Shown here: piece by piece, positions 12,220 to 23,040 of the stretch
How positions within the stretch are numbered: the first letter of the stretch is position 1
Layout of the letters: the number at the start of each line of letters is the position of its first letter
Source of the DNA: Nemertoderma westbladi
Taxonomy: Eukaryota; Animalia; Xenacoelomorpha
Direction of reading: 5' to 3'
Assembly (NCBI GenBank): GCA_032718475.1
Contig: JAUCBJ010006544.1
Span: 1 to 34,402 of the forward strand
DNA length: 34,402 nt
The notes under the pieces: model-generated
What the model was told of the DNA's origin: nothing
Database searches by the model: none
What the model saw: the letters and a program-made list of their open reading frames with translations, nothing else
Made by a program: the position numbers and the translations under genes

Positions 12220-12787
12220 ATTCTCCGGGACCAAATTTAATTGATACTATATAATGGTGAATGTTCTAGAATCTTAATATTATTACATGGTAGCTAGTAT
12301 TTTTTTTACTAGCTAGTATTTTTTAGAAAATAAAAAAAATATTACTTTTTTTTATAACATTATTAGTTAGGCCTATGGTATAGCTATTATGGTGTTTATA
12401 TGAAGCTTGTGAATTATTTACTAGCTAGTAATAGTATGTATTTAAAATGTTTAAAGCTGATTTTTTTAATATATTGCGTAAGTATACTGTATGTGTTGTT
12501 GGTTGGTTAACAATCCTAAACTATTATCCTAGATAATAGCTGGATCTCATTCAGGGACTGTTATAATATCATCAATATTTTTGGTAATTAATATAATTTT
12601 TTTTTTTTTCTTTTTTTTTCACTTTACACCTCCAACGAGGTAACCAATTATATTAATTATATATTTATTAGCACATTAATATAATTGAATTGCAATTATT
12701 ACCCATCACCATTGGTATTAATTGATTACTTAGGAGCACGAGTGGGACAATATACTACTTATGGTGTGGCCTGAGCGGGCTAGCATG

Positions 12788-15562
12788 TTAGAGTTTTGTT
12801 GCGAGATCAGCCATTGTGGGGCATTGGGCGCAAGAGAAGGCGTGGTAACGGTCTGGGCAGGGAAGAAGGCAAAATCGGCAAATACAATCGGTTGATAGTG
12901 TGTGGAAAGGCTGTGAGTTCGTGCATATTTTGTGGTGAAACCCGTGACACGTGGCTCTCGTGACCACATGACGGTTCTTCTGATTGGATAGTCGCCAGGT
13001 AAATGAATTGAACGCAGGACCGAGTAAATAATTCTCAGTAACGAAGTTGAGTTCGCGATTTGTTCGAAATGCATTATATTGATCAATCAGGTCGTGGGCG
13101 AATAGATTTGGAGTTTTTAGAAGTATGTCGTCAATAAGCGAATTTTCGTTTACGAGGTGTAGCACCATTGTGGACGAAGCACTTATATGTAGCCCTAGAA
13201 GTCGCTTTATGTATGTCGATTTTATTCTGTCTAGATCTTTTAAATTTGATATCGTTAGAAAGCGAGAGTAGACGGGTAGAGCATACAAAGCCATTGGTGC
13301 AATTTTTAATTTAAATAGTTTTAAACCTGCGTCAACGGACAATAGCTTGAGATTCTTTATAGACCCTATTGTTGCATAAGCTTTTTTCTTCTTCTTTTTA
13401 ATGTGTTGCGAGAAACAAAGTGATGGCTGAAGCGTGAGTCCTAGGTATTCGTAATTGTTACAGATGGTGACGTTATTTCCATTGTAGCTAAAAGTGTCGG
13501 TAGTAGCGAGACGACCCCCTTTGCGGAATTTTAAAATTTTAGTTTTGTCGAGGTTGACTTCCATTCCGTTACGAGTACACCAGTCGAGGAGAATGTCTAG
13601 GCCGCGTTGTATTTCATTCCTATCGGAAGAGTAGAAAGCGAGATCGTCAGCAAAAAATAGAAACTTTAGAATCGCACATCCTTGTCGTAGTGCTATAGCT
13701 AGGTCGGCGATAAAGAAATTAAAACATGGAGGAGAGAAGCAGTCGCCCTGCAGAATTCCGCGGAGTTGCTCGATTAGGTTCGATAGACGAAGGCCGTCGT
13801 ACACCTGAATGTAATTTTGGAGTAAATCTTTAATCAGAACAAATAATTTTCCTTTAATCCCGAATCCATATATCTTATTTAATAAAACAGCTCTGTTGAC
13901 AAAGTCGAATGCCTTTCTAAAGTCTACAAAAGCGACATACATTTTCCGTTGTGATGACAGATTGGATTGCAAAGCCATATTGATATCGGATATAAGTGCG
14001 TTTAGTGCCTGTAATGTAGATCTGCCTGGCATGAAACCGTATTGTTCCCTAGGTATCCGGTGAGACGTAAAGCGTCGGACGCGTTTGTTTACGATTGAAG
14101 TGAGAGTTTTCAGTAACACGGAGATGAGTGCAATGCCGCGATAATTATCTGGGTTTGAGAATGCCCCTTTACCTTTGTAGATTATCATTATTATACACTG
14201 TTTCCAGATTTGCGGTAGTTTACCGATATCGAGACAGGCATTGTATAATAGACAGAGAATTGTTATTATAAATGGTTTGGTTAACTTGAGATGATCGTAG
14301 AATATTCCGTCTACACCCGAAGCTTTGTTATTCTTGGAGTCGTTTATACTGGCGGATATTTCCTCTTCCGTAATCGGCGCATTGTACCATTCCTCCCCCT
14401 CAAGTTCAGCCAATGAAGGGATTGGAACTGGTAGAACATTGGGGGGATCTACTCTAACACCAAGAAGGTTGCGGAAATGTGTCTCGAGTGTATCTGAGTC
14501 TATTGGTGCAATAGGTGCAATAGCTTCGGAGTCGCTGACCAATTCTGCCAGTGTAGCTTCCTCGTAGGCAACTCGTTTCCGTTTGAGGAGCGACTTGTAG
14601 CTTTTGCGGATATTCCAAAACTGCGAGCAGTCCATTGCCGAGAGATTACGACGAGACATACAGTGAATTAACTGTTTCTTTAGAGTCTTGCACTCCGAGT
14701 CATACCACGGTTTTCCATAGCGGGGTTTGCGAGTGGATGGTGTGGAGTCTGCAATTGATTGAGTCAGTAGGTCTGTAGCTGCATCTATTTCGTTGTTAGA
14801 TAGAAGTAGCCTAACCATTGGAATATTGTGGTGCGATATAAATGCGTTACGATCGATCTGCCTCGACAGACGAGGAATGGGGTTCGGTAATTTTGAATCA
14901 TGAATATCGGCCGGGAAAACAAACTTAACGGTCACCGGCTGGTGTTTCCTTATGGGATTTGACAAGATTATTGTAGGCGGTAGCAACGTAGGAACAATTG
15001 CTGGGTAACTCACGAATATTAAATCGATTACACTTTCACCTTGCGGTGATATGTACGTCGGGATATCCGGGGAGCTGAGACAGCTAAACCCGATGTTGGT
15101 CAGATCGTCAACTAAATCGGAACCGCGAGATCCGTGGTCTAGTCTGCAATTAAAATCTCCCGCTATAACAATAGGGGTTGTGTTTTTGGTATAAGACAGT
15201 GCTTCAGTTATTTCCATAAGTATTTCATCCAGTGGGGTTTCGGGGGTAAAATAGAAAACAATAAAGAAGGATACCAAGGTTTTGATAACAATGTATTTAT
15301 TTGTTTGTTTCACACAGGAAGGGTTGAGGTGCGGCCTGCACAGAGTCATAAGGCCGCCAATAGGGCGCCCTCTGTTTAACTTTGTCGCAGGGTGAGTAAA
15401 AGAGTAATACGAGTTAGAATAAAATGTTTTGTCCGTGTACATAGTTTCAGTAAATAACACGACATCGGCCTTACCATATAATTCAGATTCAGCTAAACTG
15501 TCTACTAAATAGCGGAGACCTTCCACATTCCATAGAAGTAGTTGTACCTCCGTGCTCCTGTC
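12788..15562 (-). CDS. LINE ORF2: APE endonuclease and reverse transcriptase
   Basis: The open frame starts directly after the ORF1 TAG (DRSTEVQLLLWNVEGL). Motifs FTET, GDFN, IDLIF, NYRGIAL, QYGF, DFRKAFD, GILQG, FADD, YLG, and C-terminal CHGFHHKIC..CRFC..YH..C. Confidence 0.9.
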   Translation of the reverse strand, partial: DRSTEVQLLLWNVEGLRYLVDSLAESELYGKADVVLFTETMYTDKTFYSNSYYSFTHPATKLNRGRPIGGLMTLCRPHLNPSCVKQTNKYIVIKTLVSFFIVFYFTPETPLDEILMEITEALSYTKNTTPIVIAGDFNCRLDHGSRGSDLVDDLTNIGFSCLSSPDIPTYISPQGESVIDLIFVSYPAIVPTLLPPTIILSNPIRKHQPVTVKFVFPADIHDSKLPNPIPRLSRQIDRNAFISHHNIPMVRLLLSNNEIDAATDLLTQSIADSTPSTRKPRYGKPWYDSECKTLKKQLIHCMSRRNLSAMDCSQFWNIRKSYKSLLKRKRVAYEEATLAELVSDSEAIAPIAPIDSDTLETHFRNLLGVRVDPPNVLPVPIPSLAELEGEEWYNAPITEEEISASINDSKNNKASGVDGIFYDHLKLTKPFIITILCLLYNACLDIGKLPQIWKQCIIMIIYKGKGAFSNPDNYRGIALISVLLKTLTSIVNKRVRRFTSHRIPREQYGFMPGRSTLQALNALISDINMALQSNLSSQRKMYVAFVDFRKAFDFVNRAVLLNKIYGFGIKGKLFVLIKDLLQNYIQVYDGLRLSNLIEQLRGILQGDCFSPPCFNFFIADLAIALRQGCAILKFLFFADDLAFYSSDRNEIQRGLDILLDWCTRNGMEVNLDKTKILKFRKGGRLATTDTFSYNGNNVTICNNYEYLGLTLQPSLCFSQHIKKKKKKAYATIGSIKNLKLLSVDAGLKLFKLKIAPMALYALPVYSRFLTISNLKDLDRIKSTYIKRLLGLHISASSTMVLHLVNENSLIDDILLKTPNLFAHDLIDQYNAFRTNRELNFVTENYLLGPAFNSFTWRLSNQKNRHVVTRATCHGFHHKICTNSQPFHTLSTDCICRFCLLPCPDRYHAFSCAQCPTMADLATKL

Positions 15563-16378
15563 CTAGTTACCGGTATTTGTTGAGTATTGCTGTGAGCTGC
15601 TGGAGGTTCCACCAGCGAATTCGCGTTCGGGGCGCCGACGTAGACCGAGCGCCTCGCGTTCGGCGTTCGTGAGACGGTAGTTCCGGATTGTGAGACCCGT
15701 TTCCCACAATCCAGGGTCCATTAGGGTGTCGCGATGTTGTTGATCACATGTGATATGGAAACTTAGATAAGGTGAGTTACCATCTTTAAGCGGTAGTGGA
15801 GTTACGTCGTCGAAAGGGATTCCTTGGGATTGAAGAAAGTCAGCAACTTCCTTGCTTGTTGTCGACGGGTCTAGTCGGCCGATATGAACATGCGCCTTCC
15901 CGACGGCTTGGACTGGGTTTCCTTTGGCAACACGAAGTGGACCACCAGCTCTGCAACCTTGTATCGCCGGGGCGGGGCGACGGAAGTTGCGGTCCGTATC
16001 CGTGGCGTATGGTCCGTTATTCGACGGCGGTGTGTGTGGATCTGGAACCGGGTTTCTTTGCACGACTGCACTGTACGTTGACCTGCCGGGTCCGGGTCCT
16101 GGAGTAGCCATGGTAGATGGGCCGAGTTGCAGGAACTTCAAGAGCTCGTCCTTTGCGGCCACAGTTTCTTTTCGCGCATCCGCCGTTTCTTTCCGTGATT
16201 CGGCGAGATTTGCCAGAGTTGCGGTGAAATCATCTCGAGACCTCGAGTGTAACGAGGTCAAAGCGCTTAATAGTTCACTCAGCTGGGTCTCTTGGTCACA
16301 GGTTACATATTTCTTTGTTTTTATTACTGCGAATAACGACAATATATCATCTTTAACATTATCAAAATTGTCAGCCAT
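15563..16378 (-). CDS. LINE ORF1 (coiled coil plus RRM-like C-terminal domain), 271 aa
   Basis: Heptad-rich segment, TYSAVV motif, VHIGRLDPSTTSKEVADFL...SFHI...MDPGLWETGLTIRNY as seen in LINE ORF1 proteins. Confidence 0.85.
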   Translation of the reverse strand: MADNFDNVKDDILSLFAVIKTKKYVTCDQETQLSELLSALTSLHSRSRDDFTATLANLAESRKETADARKETVAAKDELLKFLQLGPSTMATPGPGPGRSTYSAVVQRNPVPDPHTPPSNNGPYATDTDRNFRRPAPAIQGCRAGGPLRVAKGNPVQAVGKAHVHIGRLDPSTTSKEVADFLQSQGIPFDDVTPLPLKDGNSPYLSFHITCDQQHRDTLMDPGLWETGLTIRNYRLTNAEREALGLRRRPEREFAGGTSSSSQQYSTNTGN

Positions 16379-16852
16379 TTGCAGGTAGCTGGTATGTCAG
16401 TCAGTGGTACGCCAGTATCAGAATTAATATAGTTATATAAATTATAGAATTAATATAATCAGCAACAGTTACCTAATTTTGAAATATCAATGTTTTCACA
16501 AATTTTTTAATATTTCAAGAAAATGCTAGCTAGTACAAAAAAACACTAGCTACACCTTAATAAATAATATATAATAATGTTCTCGAACACTTACCAATAA
16601 CAAAAATAAAAAAAATAGAGTATTTTTTAAATTTCAAAAAATTCTAGATAGTAAAAAACACAACCTACCATAAAAAAATATTATATTATCTACTAATGTT
16701 TTAGAACATTCACCAATATCAAAAAAGCACACTAAAAAGTTGCTATCAGAAAGCGGACAATTCGGTCCCATTTATTTAGTGTTTGGGACCAAATTGTCCA
16801 GGACCGAATTGTCCGGGACCGAATTGTCCGGGACCGAATTGTCCTACATCCG

Positions 16853-17757
16853 CCATCTAGTTATGTTCCAGAAAAGTTAGTGACCATCTATTTATGTCAG
16901 GGAAAGTTAGTGACCATCTATTTATGTCCCAAATTATTTAGTCACCATAAATTTATGTTCCAGAAAAGTTACTGACGATCTATTTATGTCAGGGAAAGTT
17001 ACTGACGATCTATTTATGTCAGGGAAAGTTAGTGACCACTATGTGAGGGAAAGTTAGTGACCATCTATTTATATCAGGGAAAGTTAGTGACCACTATGTG
17101 AGGGAAAGTTAGTGACCATCTATTTATATCAGGGAAAGTTAGTGACCACTATGTGAGGGAAAGTTAGTGACCATCTATTTATGTCCCAGGAAAGTTAGTG
17201 ACCATCTATTTATGTCCCAGGAAAGTAAGTGACCATCTATTTATGTCAGGGAAAGTTAGTGACCATCTATTTATATCAGGGAAAGTTAGTGACCATCTAT
17301 TTATGTGAGGGAAAGTTAGTGACCATCTATTTATGTCCCAGGAAAGTTAGTGACCATCTATTTATGTTCCAGAAAATTTAGTGACCATCTAGTTATGTTC
17401 CAGAAAAGTTGGTGACCATCTCTTTATGTCCCGGGAAAGTTAGCGACCATTTATTTGTGTTCCTGAAAATTTAGGGACCATCTATTTATGTTCCAGAAAA
17501 GTTACTGACGATCTATTTATGTCAGGGAAAGTTAGTGACCATCTATTTATATCAGGGAAAGTTAGTGACCATCTATTTATGTCAGGGAAAGTTAGTGACC
17601 ATCTATTTATGTTCCAGAAAAGTTATTGACCATCTCTTTATGTCCCGGGAAAGTTAGTGACCATCTATTTATATCAGGGAAAGTTAGCGACCATCTATTT
17701 ATGTCAGGGGAAGTTAGTGACCATAGTTATGTCCCGGATAAGTTATTGACCATGTAT
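16853..17757. repeat. 30-32-bp minisatellite, right part (same array, split by insertions)
   Basis: Same unit and orientation as 10601-11382. Confidence 0.95.
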
Positions 17758-17849
17758 TAATATATGTTCTAGAATTATGGTACATATAGATCGATTCCTT
17801 TATTGGTGTGGATGTTTTCTACTAACAATTATTATTTCTCCGCCTTTAG

Positions 17850-17990
<141 letters not shown>

Positions 17991-18029
17991 TAATTAGACG
18001 TCACGGGTTCGTTTGTTCGATTTTTCGGT

Positions 18030-18160
18030 TTGCTTTCACATCTCTCCTAAGGTCGTGGGTTCGATCCCACATTGGGGCCATGGTCGATTTCGTTTTGGCA
18101 CAAATGCTTTAAAGGGGCCAGGGTCCATCTCTGCCATGTATCATCGAATCCAATCCTAAT
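18030..18160 (+). mobile_element. tRNA-derived SINE-like fragment
   Basis: B-box GGTTCGATCCC at 18058-18068; the downstream sequence aligns by eye with 22596-22690. Confidence 0.5.
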
Positions 18161-18179
18161 TAATTACTTTATTTATTAG

Positions 18180-18353
18180 GTTCTAGAACTACAGAGTCCC
18201 CCCAGGGCCAGCACGGTTGTGAAGGATTGCGTTAAAGCTTGTCTCAATTCTACTTACCAATATATCTTCGACAACTGTTGGGAGCTCTACCATCGCGACC
18301 AACAATTAGCAACTAAAGACTCTAAGGAGGACGAGAAAGGACCTAACATAAAG
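18180..18353 (+). CDS. unc-13: Unc13 exon (phase 0/0)
   Basis: attag|GTT...AAG|gttgtt; [33 protein letters not shown]...GPNIK. The donor is non-consensus but is required by homology with the next exon (SLEFW). Confidence 0.88.
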
Positions 18354-18632
18354 GTTGTTACCGAGATTGTTTATAATAGTGACATAACGCTTGCTAAGGA
18401 ATACTTTACAGTTACATCATCACCAACTCATAAATCCTACATCTATAACTGCAAGCAGCATTCTCACATCAAATAAAAATGGAAAAATCGTTTTGGTTTA
18501 ATTTTAACATATTAAAAGGTTTCTCCAAATTAATTATAATTGTTTTTTTTTGGAGTTAATACTTTTAATATTTTTTAAATATTTTAAATTAATTATTAAT
18601 CTATAGTTTGTTTGTATGTTTGAATATTTTAG

Positions 18633-18804
18633 AGTCTGGAGTTTTGGCCCCGGTTGATTTCACTGTTGGTGTCTGTGATTGAGGAGGACACCAACCAGTA
18701 CACACCGGTTCTAAACCAGTTCCCTGGTGAACTAATTGTTGGACAACTCAGTGCCTTCACAATGTGGTCATTGTTCGCCCAGGATCTCCGATACGCACTG
18801 GAGG
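18633..18804 (+). CDS. unc-13: Unc13 exon, MUN/MHD1 region (phase 0/1)
   Basis: ttttag|AGT...GAG G|gtaagt; [31 protein letters not shown]...[11 protein letters not shown]. Confidence 0.93.
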
Positions 18805-19763
18805 GTAAGTCATTCTTTACTTATAGTAACAGAGTAAATTGGAAGGTAAGCGATTCGTTACATAGCAAAAGTTGAAGGTAAAGTGTTCGTTAAATCGTTA
18901 CTTAACAACATTATCAGCCGAAATCAACCACCGTATAGTTTCTTATATCATAAAAATTGTATTTATTACAGATTTAGGCAATAGATGCATTAATTCTCTC
19001 CGTATTTCCTAAATGACTCAGCAATAATTACTATCATTGCAATGAAACGAAGTTTAACATTTTTTTAACTACGTATCCTGTTATCGTATTGTATGTTATT
19101 GTATAATTTTACACCGAATTAAGGTTTTTAACAAATCTTTTGTCAAGTTTTTGCAAAATTATTTGAATTATTTTATAAACATTCCTATTATAACTTGATT
19201 TATAATTTAGATAATTTAAAATCATATCTAAAAATAAACTAATAAATCGACGATATTCTGTCCTAACAGTTCCCTAAAAAATATGATATGCTGAAAATTG
19301 GGAACAATAGTGTTTATAAACGTTTAAAGGTGTCGTCCTATATATGAACGTTTTCTACGGCATTCGTTTATTGGAGAGGGAACGTGTTAGTCAGCCATTG
19401 ACGACATCCCTGAGAATGTCTGCAAAAAGACACTTTTATTGCTGATCGCAAACTTTGGATGTCTTGTGTTTCGGAGCCAGTCTACAGTCTACTGTGTAGC
19501 CGATCTGTACTGTATGTAGTATGCGTCGGCATATGGGGTCAGTTTATAAAAAATAAATGAGTCAATTATATTTGCAATATTCAGTTCTATTAAATTTTAA
19601 CACAACACAAAACACAACAGTTTACTTGAAGAAATTCTGTTAATTTTTCATTAAAAAAACATAAATATAGAGGTATCTGCAATTTTATTTCATTAAATTA
19701 CAATATTTTTAAGAATTTAAAAAAGTATTAAGTTTGTCGCAAACTTATCCCCCGAACTTCCTC

Positions 19764-22322
19764 CTAGATTCCATCTCTAGACTTCTCCACGCTATTGAGT
19801 AGGCGGGCTACGCTGTCGAACACATCTCGAGAGTCTTTCTGTTTGTCAGCTGCGTAGTAGGCAATTAAATTTTCGAAAGAACCAGAAAGTGTTTTAGCCC
19901 CTTCGTCTAGACTGACTACAAGCGCATTCAACTGTTGGTAACGTTTATCAAGAGTATCAATAAACACACCATCATTTGCTAAGGTTTTTTTCTTTTTCTT
20001 CATAGCTTTTCTCAATATTTCGATGTTTTTACTCAGTTTTATCATTTCTTTTCTCATCACTTCTCCTTCACAAACGATACCTCTTATCGATATATCGCTG
20101 GCTTCTTTAACATCTCGCATTTCGTTCACAAACTCTAAATTTGATGGATTATCACTAACCATGGCTTCTGTCACGTGATCTACGAAGGATTTGCTCTTTT
20201 CAATGCCGGTAAATTCGGTAAGAGCCTTAAGCGAAGTTAGTCGCAATCCTTGGGCATTCGCGTAAACGTTGTGTCCGGCGTTGACGGCATTCCCGCACTG
20301 TAGGACAACAGCGAGGAATCTACGGAACTTATCGTTGCTGCGGATCGTATTGCATGCATCCCTCGCCGTCCCTATAGCTCGTCTTACATCGCTCGTCTGA
20401 TCCGGTAATTCCGCCATTACGATCAGCGCTTCGAGGCGTTGTTCCAGGTTGGGGACCTCCATTAGTCGCTCTAGAAACTCATGAACTCCGTCGAGCTTCC
20501 CTGGATGACCGCCTTTACTCCGGTAACTCTTAAACAATTCACGATCCTCCTCAGTCGGCTGTAATCTCTTCAACATCTTTAGAGTGTCGAGTGACAATCC
20601 ATCATCTAACTTACACAGATCATTCTCAAGATTTACTACTTCATCAGCACTTTTATTTAGAAAGATTGCGATGTTGCTGTATGTTGCGTGCTTAAGAATA
20701 GTATTCACCCTTTTACCTTTCTTTTCATCTTTCAATGGTAAATTCGATGTAGACGGTGTAGCCTCACTCTTTACGAGGAACTTATCGACTATCTTACTAA
20801 CATCATCTTTGGAAACCAACTGTTGTTTCTTAATGTCACTCCATATTGTTTTTCCTGTAACTTGATGAGCTGAGAGTTTGTCCCATTTTATTGGTATTGT
20901 TTTTGCTTTAGTGCCGTCTGATCGTCCAGACTGCGTCTTTTGTGGGTCTGGAGGTAGTGGAGCAACCGGCGGTGGAGGTGGTGCAGGTAGTGGGCTTGCA
21001 TCATATTGTTGTGGAACACCTTCCAGTTTAGTATCTGCACCTGCTTGTTTTATATTTTGAGTGTCAACATCTTCTGTATTAGTTAACCTTCCAACAATTT
21101 TTCCTTCTTGATCGGTTTTTAAATCAATTTGAGGTTTCCCTTGGTGTTCCATTTCGTTTTGTTGATTTAAGGGTTTCATGGAACTTGTTGAACATGTCAT
21201 TGTTGATTCCAATATAGTAGGTGTTTTAGTATTATCGTTACTTTCATTCGTTTGGATCATATCTGTAGTTGATGATGTTGGTGCGCTACTTCCTGTATCA
21301 TCATCTTCATCCGGCATGATTTCGTAAATGTCATCATTATCTTCAGGGATACTCTCTTTATCATACACATCATATTCATCATCGTTAACACTCTCTTTGG
21401 AATCAGTAAAGGTTTCCTGTAACTCATAGGCAACATATTCAACATCTTCGATTTCTTCTTCCTGCTTAACGACTGACTTGCCGGATACATCTTCAACTGC
21501 CTTGCAGATTTCAATATCTTCGGAAGGCTCATAATATTTGACATTTGTGCTACGTTCATTATCATTCTTGATAACATCTACCTTTATTTCTTCTTTGAAA
21601 ACACTTTCATTTGCCAGATCTCTATCTTTTAAATTTTTTGGCTTTTTAATCAATTGTCTCTGTTTATCCTTAGTGGCTTCTTCGGCAAGTTTAGCATCTT
21701 CTCCGACACTTTGTTTACTTTTTCTTCTGGTAAATAGGCCTCCTATACCGATACTCTTTTTTCGTTTGCCTTTTTCGTCCTTTTCCTTTGTGACTTTCTC
21801 GAACTCTTCCTTTGTGACTTTCTCTAACTCTTCCAATGGTGTACTTCCAGTACTCTTGAACACTCCTCCACCTTTTTCTTTTATTACCTTCTCCAACTCA
21901 TCTAGAGTCCTCTTATCAACTCCTCTCACATCCGAGGGTCGACGCGTGGATCCCGCTGCTGCTGGCTTCCGTATCCCCGGTGGTTCCACGGTACTTCCTT
22001 CCGCCACAGCTTTCTTTGCGTCCACCAATCCTCCTAACCAGTCATCCCTCTCTGCTTCCACTTGCGCCTTACTGTTCACTGATCGGTGTCTCACGCGGAA
22101 TATATAAGTTTTACTTCGCGTGATTATCCGTATTGTTGAGTAGTCTGTGTGCCAGAAGGACACCGAGTGGTCGGACAGGATGAGCGTTGCTATCGGTTTA
22201 TCGACTCCGCCTCGGCGAATCTTATAGAAAGAGAGTTCCCCGGCGCGGATTCTCACCCATCGTGGGTTCCATGACTGAAATATACTTTCCGATTTTTTCA
22301 GGAGTTCGCCTTGTTTTATTAT
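19764..22322 (-). CDS. Nested formin gene, coding exon 2: PH domain, acidic linker, short FH1, FH2 (PH-domain-containing formin; about 1003 aa with exon 1)
   Basis: tattacag|ATA; PH motifs KQGELLKK..WNPRWV..LSFYK..ERDDWL; PLPAPPPPPVAPLPP; FH2 motifs IKWDKL..TIWS, NIAIFL, PTEED, FLAVVLQCGNAVN..AQGLRLTSL; AATAAA on the - strand at 19684-19689. Confidence 0.9.
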   Translation of the reverse strand: MIKQGELLKKSESIFQSWNPRWVRIRAGELSFYKIRRGGVDKPIATLILSDHSVSFWHTDYSTIRIITRSKTYIFRVRHRSVNSKAQVEAERDDWLGGLVDAKKAVAEGSTVEPPGIRKPAAAGSTRRPSDVRGVDKRTLDELEKVIKEKGGGVFKSTGSTPLEELEKVTKEEFEKVTKEKDEKGKRKKSIGIGGLFTRRKSKQSVGEDAKLAEEATKDKQRQLIKKPKNLKDRDLANESVFKEEIKVDVIKNDNERSTNVKYYEPSEDIEICKAVEDVSGKSVVKQEEEIEDVEYVAYELQETFTDSKESVNDDEYDVYDKESIPEDNDDIYEIMPDEDDDTGSSAPTSSTTDMIQTNESNDNTKTPTILESTMTCSTSSMKPLNQQNEMEHQGKPQIDLKTDQEGKIVGRLTNTEDVDTQNIKQAGADTKLEGVPQQYDASPLPAPPPPPVAPLPPDPQKTQSGRSDGTKAKTIPIKWDKLSAHQVTGKTIWSDIKKQQLVSKDDVSKIVDKFLVKSEATPSTSNLPLKDEKKGKRVNTILKHATYSNIAIFLNKSADEVVNLENDLCKLDDGLSLDTLKMLKRLQPTEEDRELFKSYRSKGGHPGKLDGVHEFLERLMEVPNLEQRLEALIVMAELPDQTSDVRRAIGTARDACNTIRSNDKFRRFLAVVLQCGNAVNAGHNVYANAQGLRLTSLKALTEFTGIEKSKSFVDHVTEAMVSDNPSNLEFVNEMRDVKEASDISIRGIVCEGEVMRKEMIKLSKNIEILRKAMKKKKKTLANDGVFIDTLDKRYQQLNALVVSLDEGAKTLSGSFENLIAYYAADKQKDSRDVFDSVARLLNSVEKSRDGI

Positions 22323-22540
22323 CTGTAATATCAAATAGTAAATGTCAACTTCAAACACGGGCCTGTATTATACTAAATGGCTGAAAATGGACAAGAATTC
22401 ACTCATCCATGCGTATAATCTGTAATGTATGTGGTCTTCTGCGATTGATGGAGGTGCCAAGGGCTGCCCATCACGATATCAATCAATGTTTGCCACATTG
22501 GATCATTATTATAATAATATTTACATCCCGTTTAGATGAG

Positions 22541-22870
22541 GAAGAACCTTGGCCTAGTGGTAAAATCCGTGGCCTTGTATTATCAATTATCCGTTGGTCG
22601 TGGTTTCGATCTCCGCATGGGGCCCCATGGGATTTGCGTTTCGGCGCGAATGATATAAAGAGACTATAGACAGGGTGCGTATCTGCCTACATCTTTAAAT
22701 GGCAGCCAGATTCCTCTGGGGAGTATGGTTCTGTGGGTGGGGAATAACACTGGAACTGGAAATGCACTGGAAATAAGTCGTAAGACTGTTTGCGCATGCG
22801 CAATCCCGGACCTAACGGCCGTAGAAACTAGCCAAACTAAAATACAACTCGCACTCAAGAACATAATTGT
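22541..22870 (+). mobile_element. tRNA-derived SINE-like element in the formin intron
   Basis: A-box-like TGGCCTAGTGG (22550-22560) and B-box-like GGTTTCGATCTCC; homologous to 18051-18135. The 3' end is approximate. Confidence 0.5.
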
Positions 22871-23040
22871 GCGACTATAATATTCTAGAACAGGCGTAAT
22901 CCGGGATGAAAAGAAATGAATGATTCTGACATTTTATGACCGATAGTACAGTATGATCATCCCACTCCCATCTACAGATACAAGAATTAGTAAAATATAA
23001 TTTATGTTTAAGGTATAATTTATAGTTAATTAATTCTTAC

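Larger units (their letters stand above)
12598..16447 (-). mobile_element. Near-intact two-ORF non-LTR retrotransposon (APE-RT with C-terminal Cys/His motif; clade unresolved)
   Basis: ORF1 + ORF2, poly(A) tail (T-run near 12597-12619), candidate TSD AATTAATATAAT at 12586-12597 and 16448-16459. Confidence 0.9.
12219..16852. mobile_element. Foldback/MITE-like non-autonomous DNA element (arms 12219-12597 and 16448-16852) interrupted by a LINE
   Basis: 12241-12345 is an imperfect inverted copy of 16620-16725 (tggtgaatgttcta / tagaacattcacca). Subterminal 14-bp repeats gggaccgaattgtc lie at 16785-16845, with an inverted copy at 16755-16770. The left end looks truncated. Confidence 0.6.

Noticed and set aside
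14495-14530. IAPIAPI microduplication in LINE ORF2 as a functional motif
   Set aside because: It is more likely a copy-specific indel scar in the endonuclease-RT linker.
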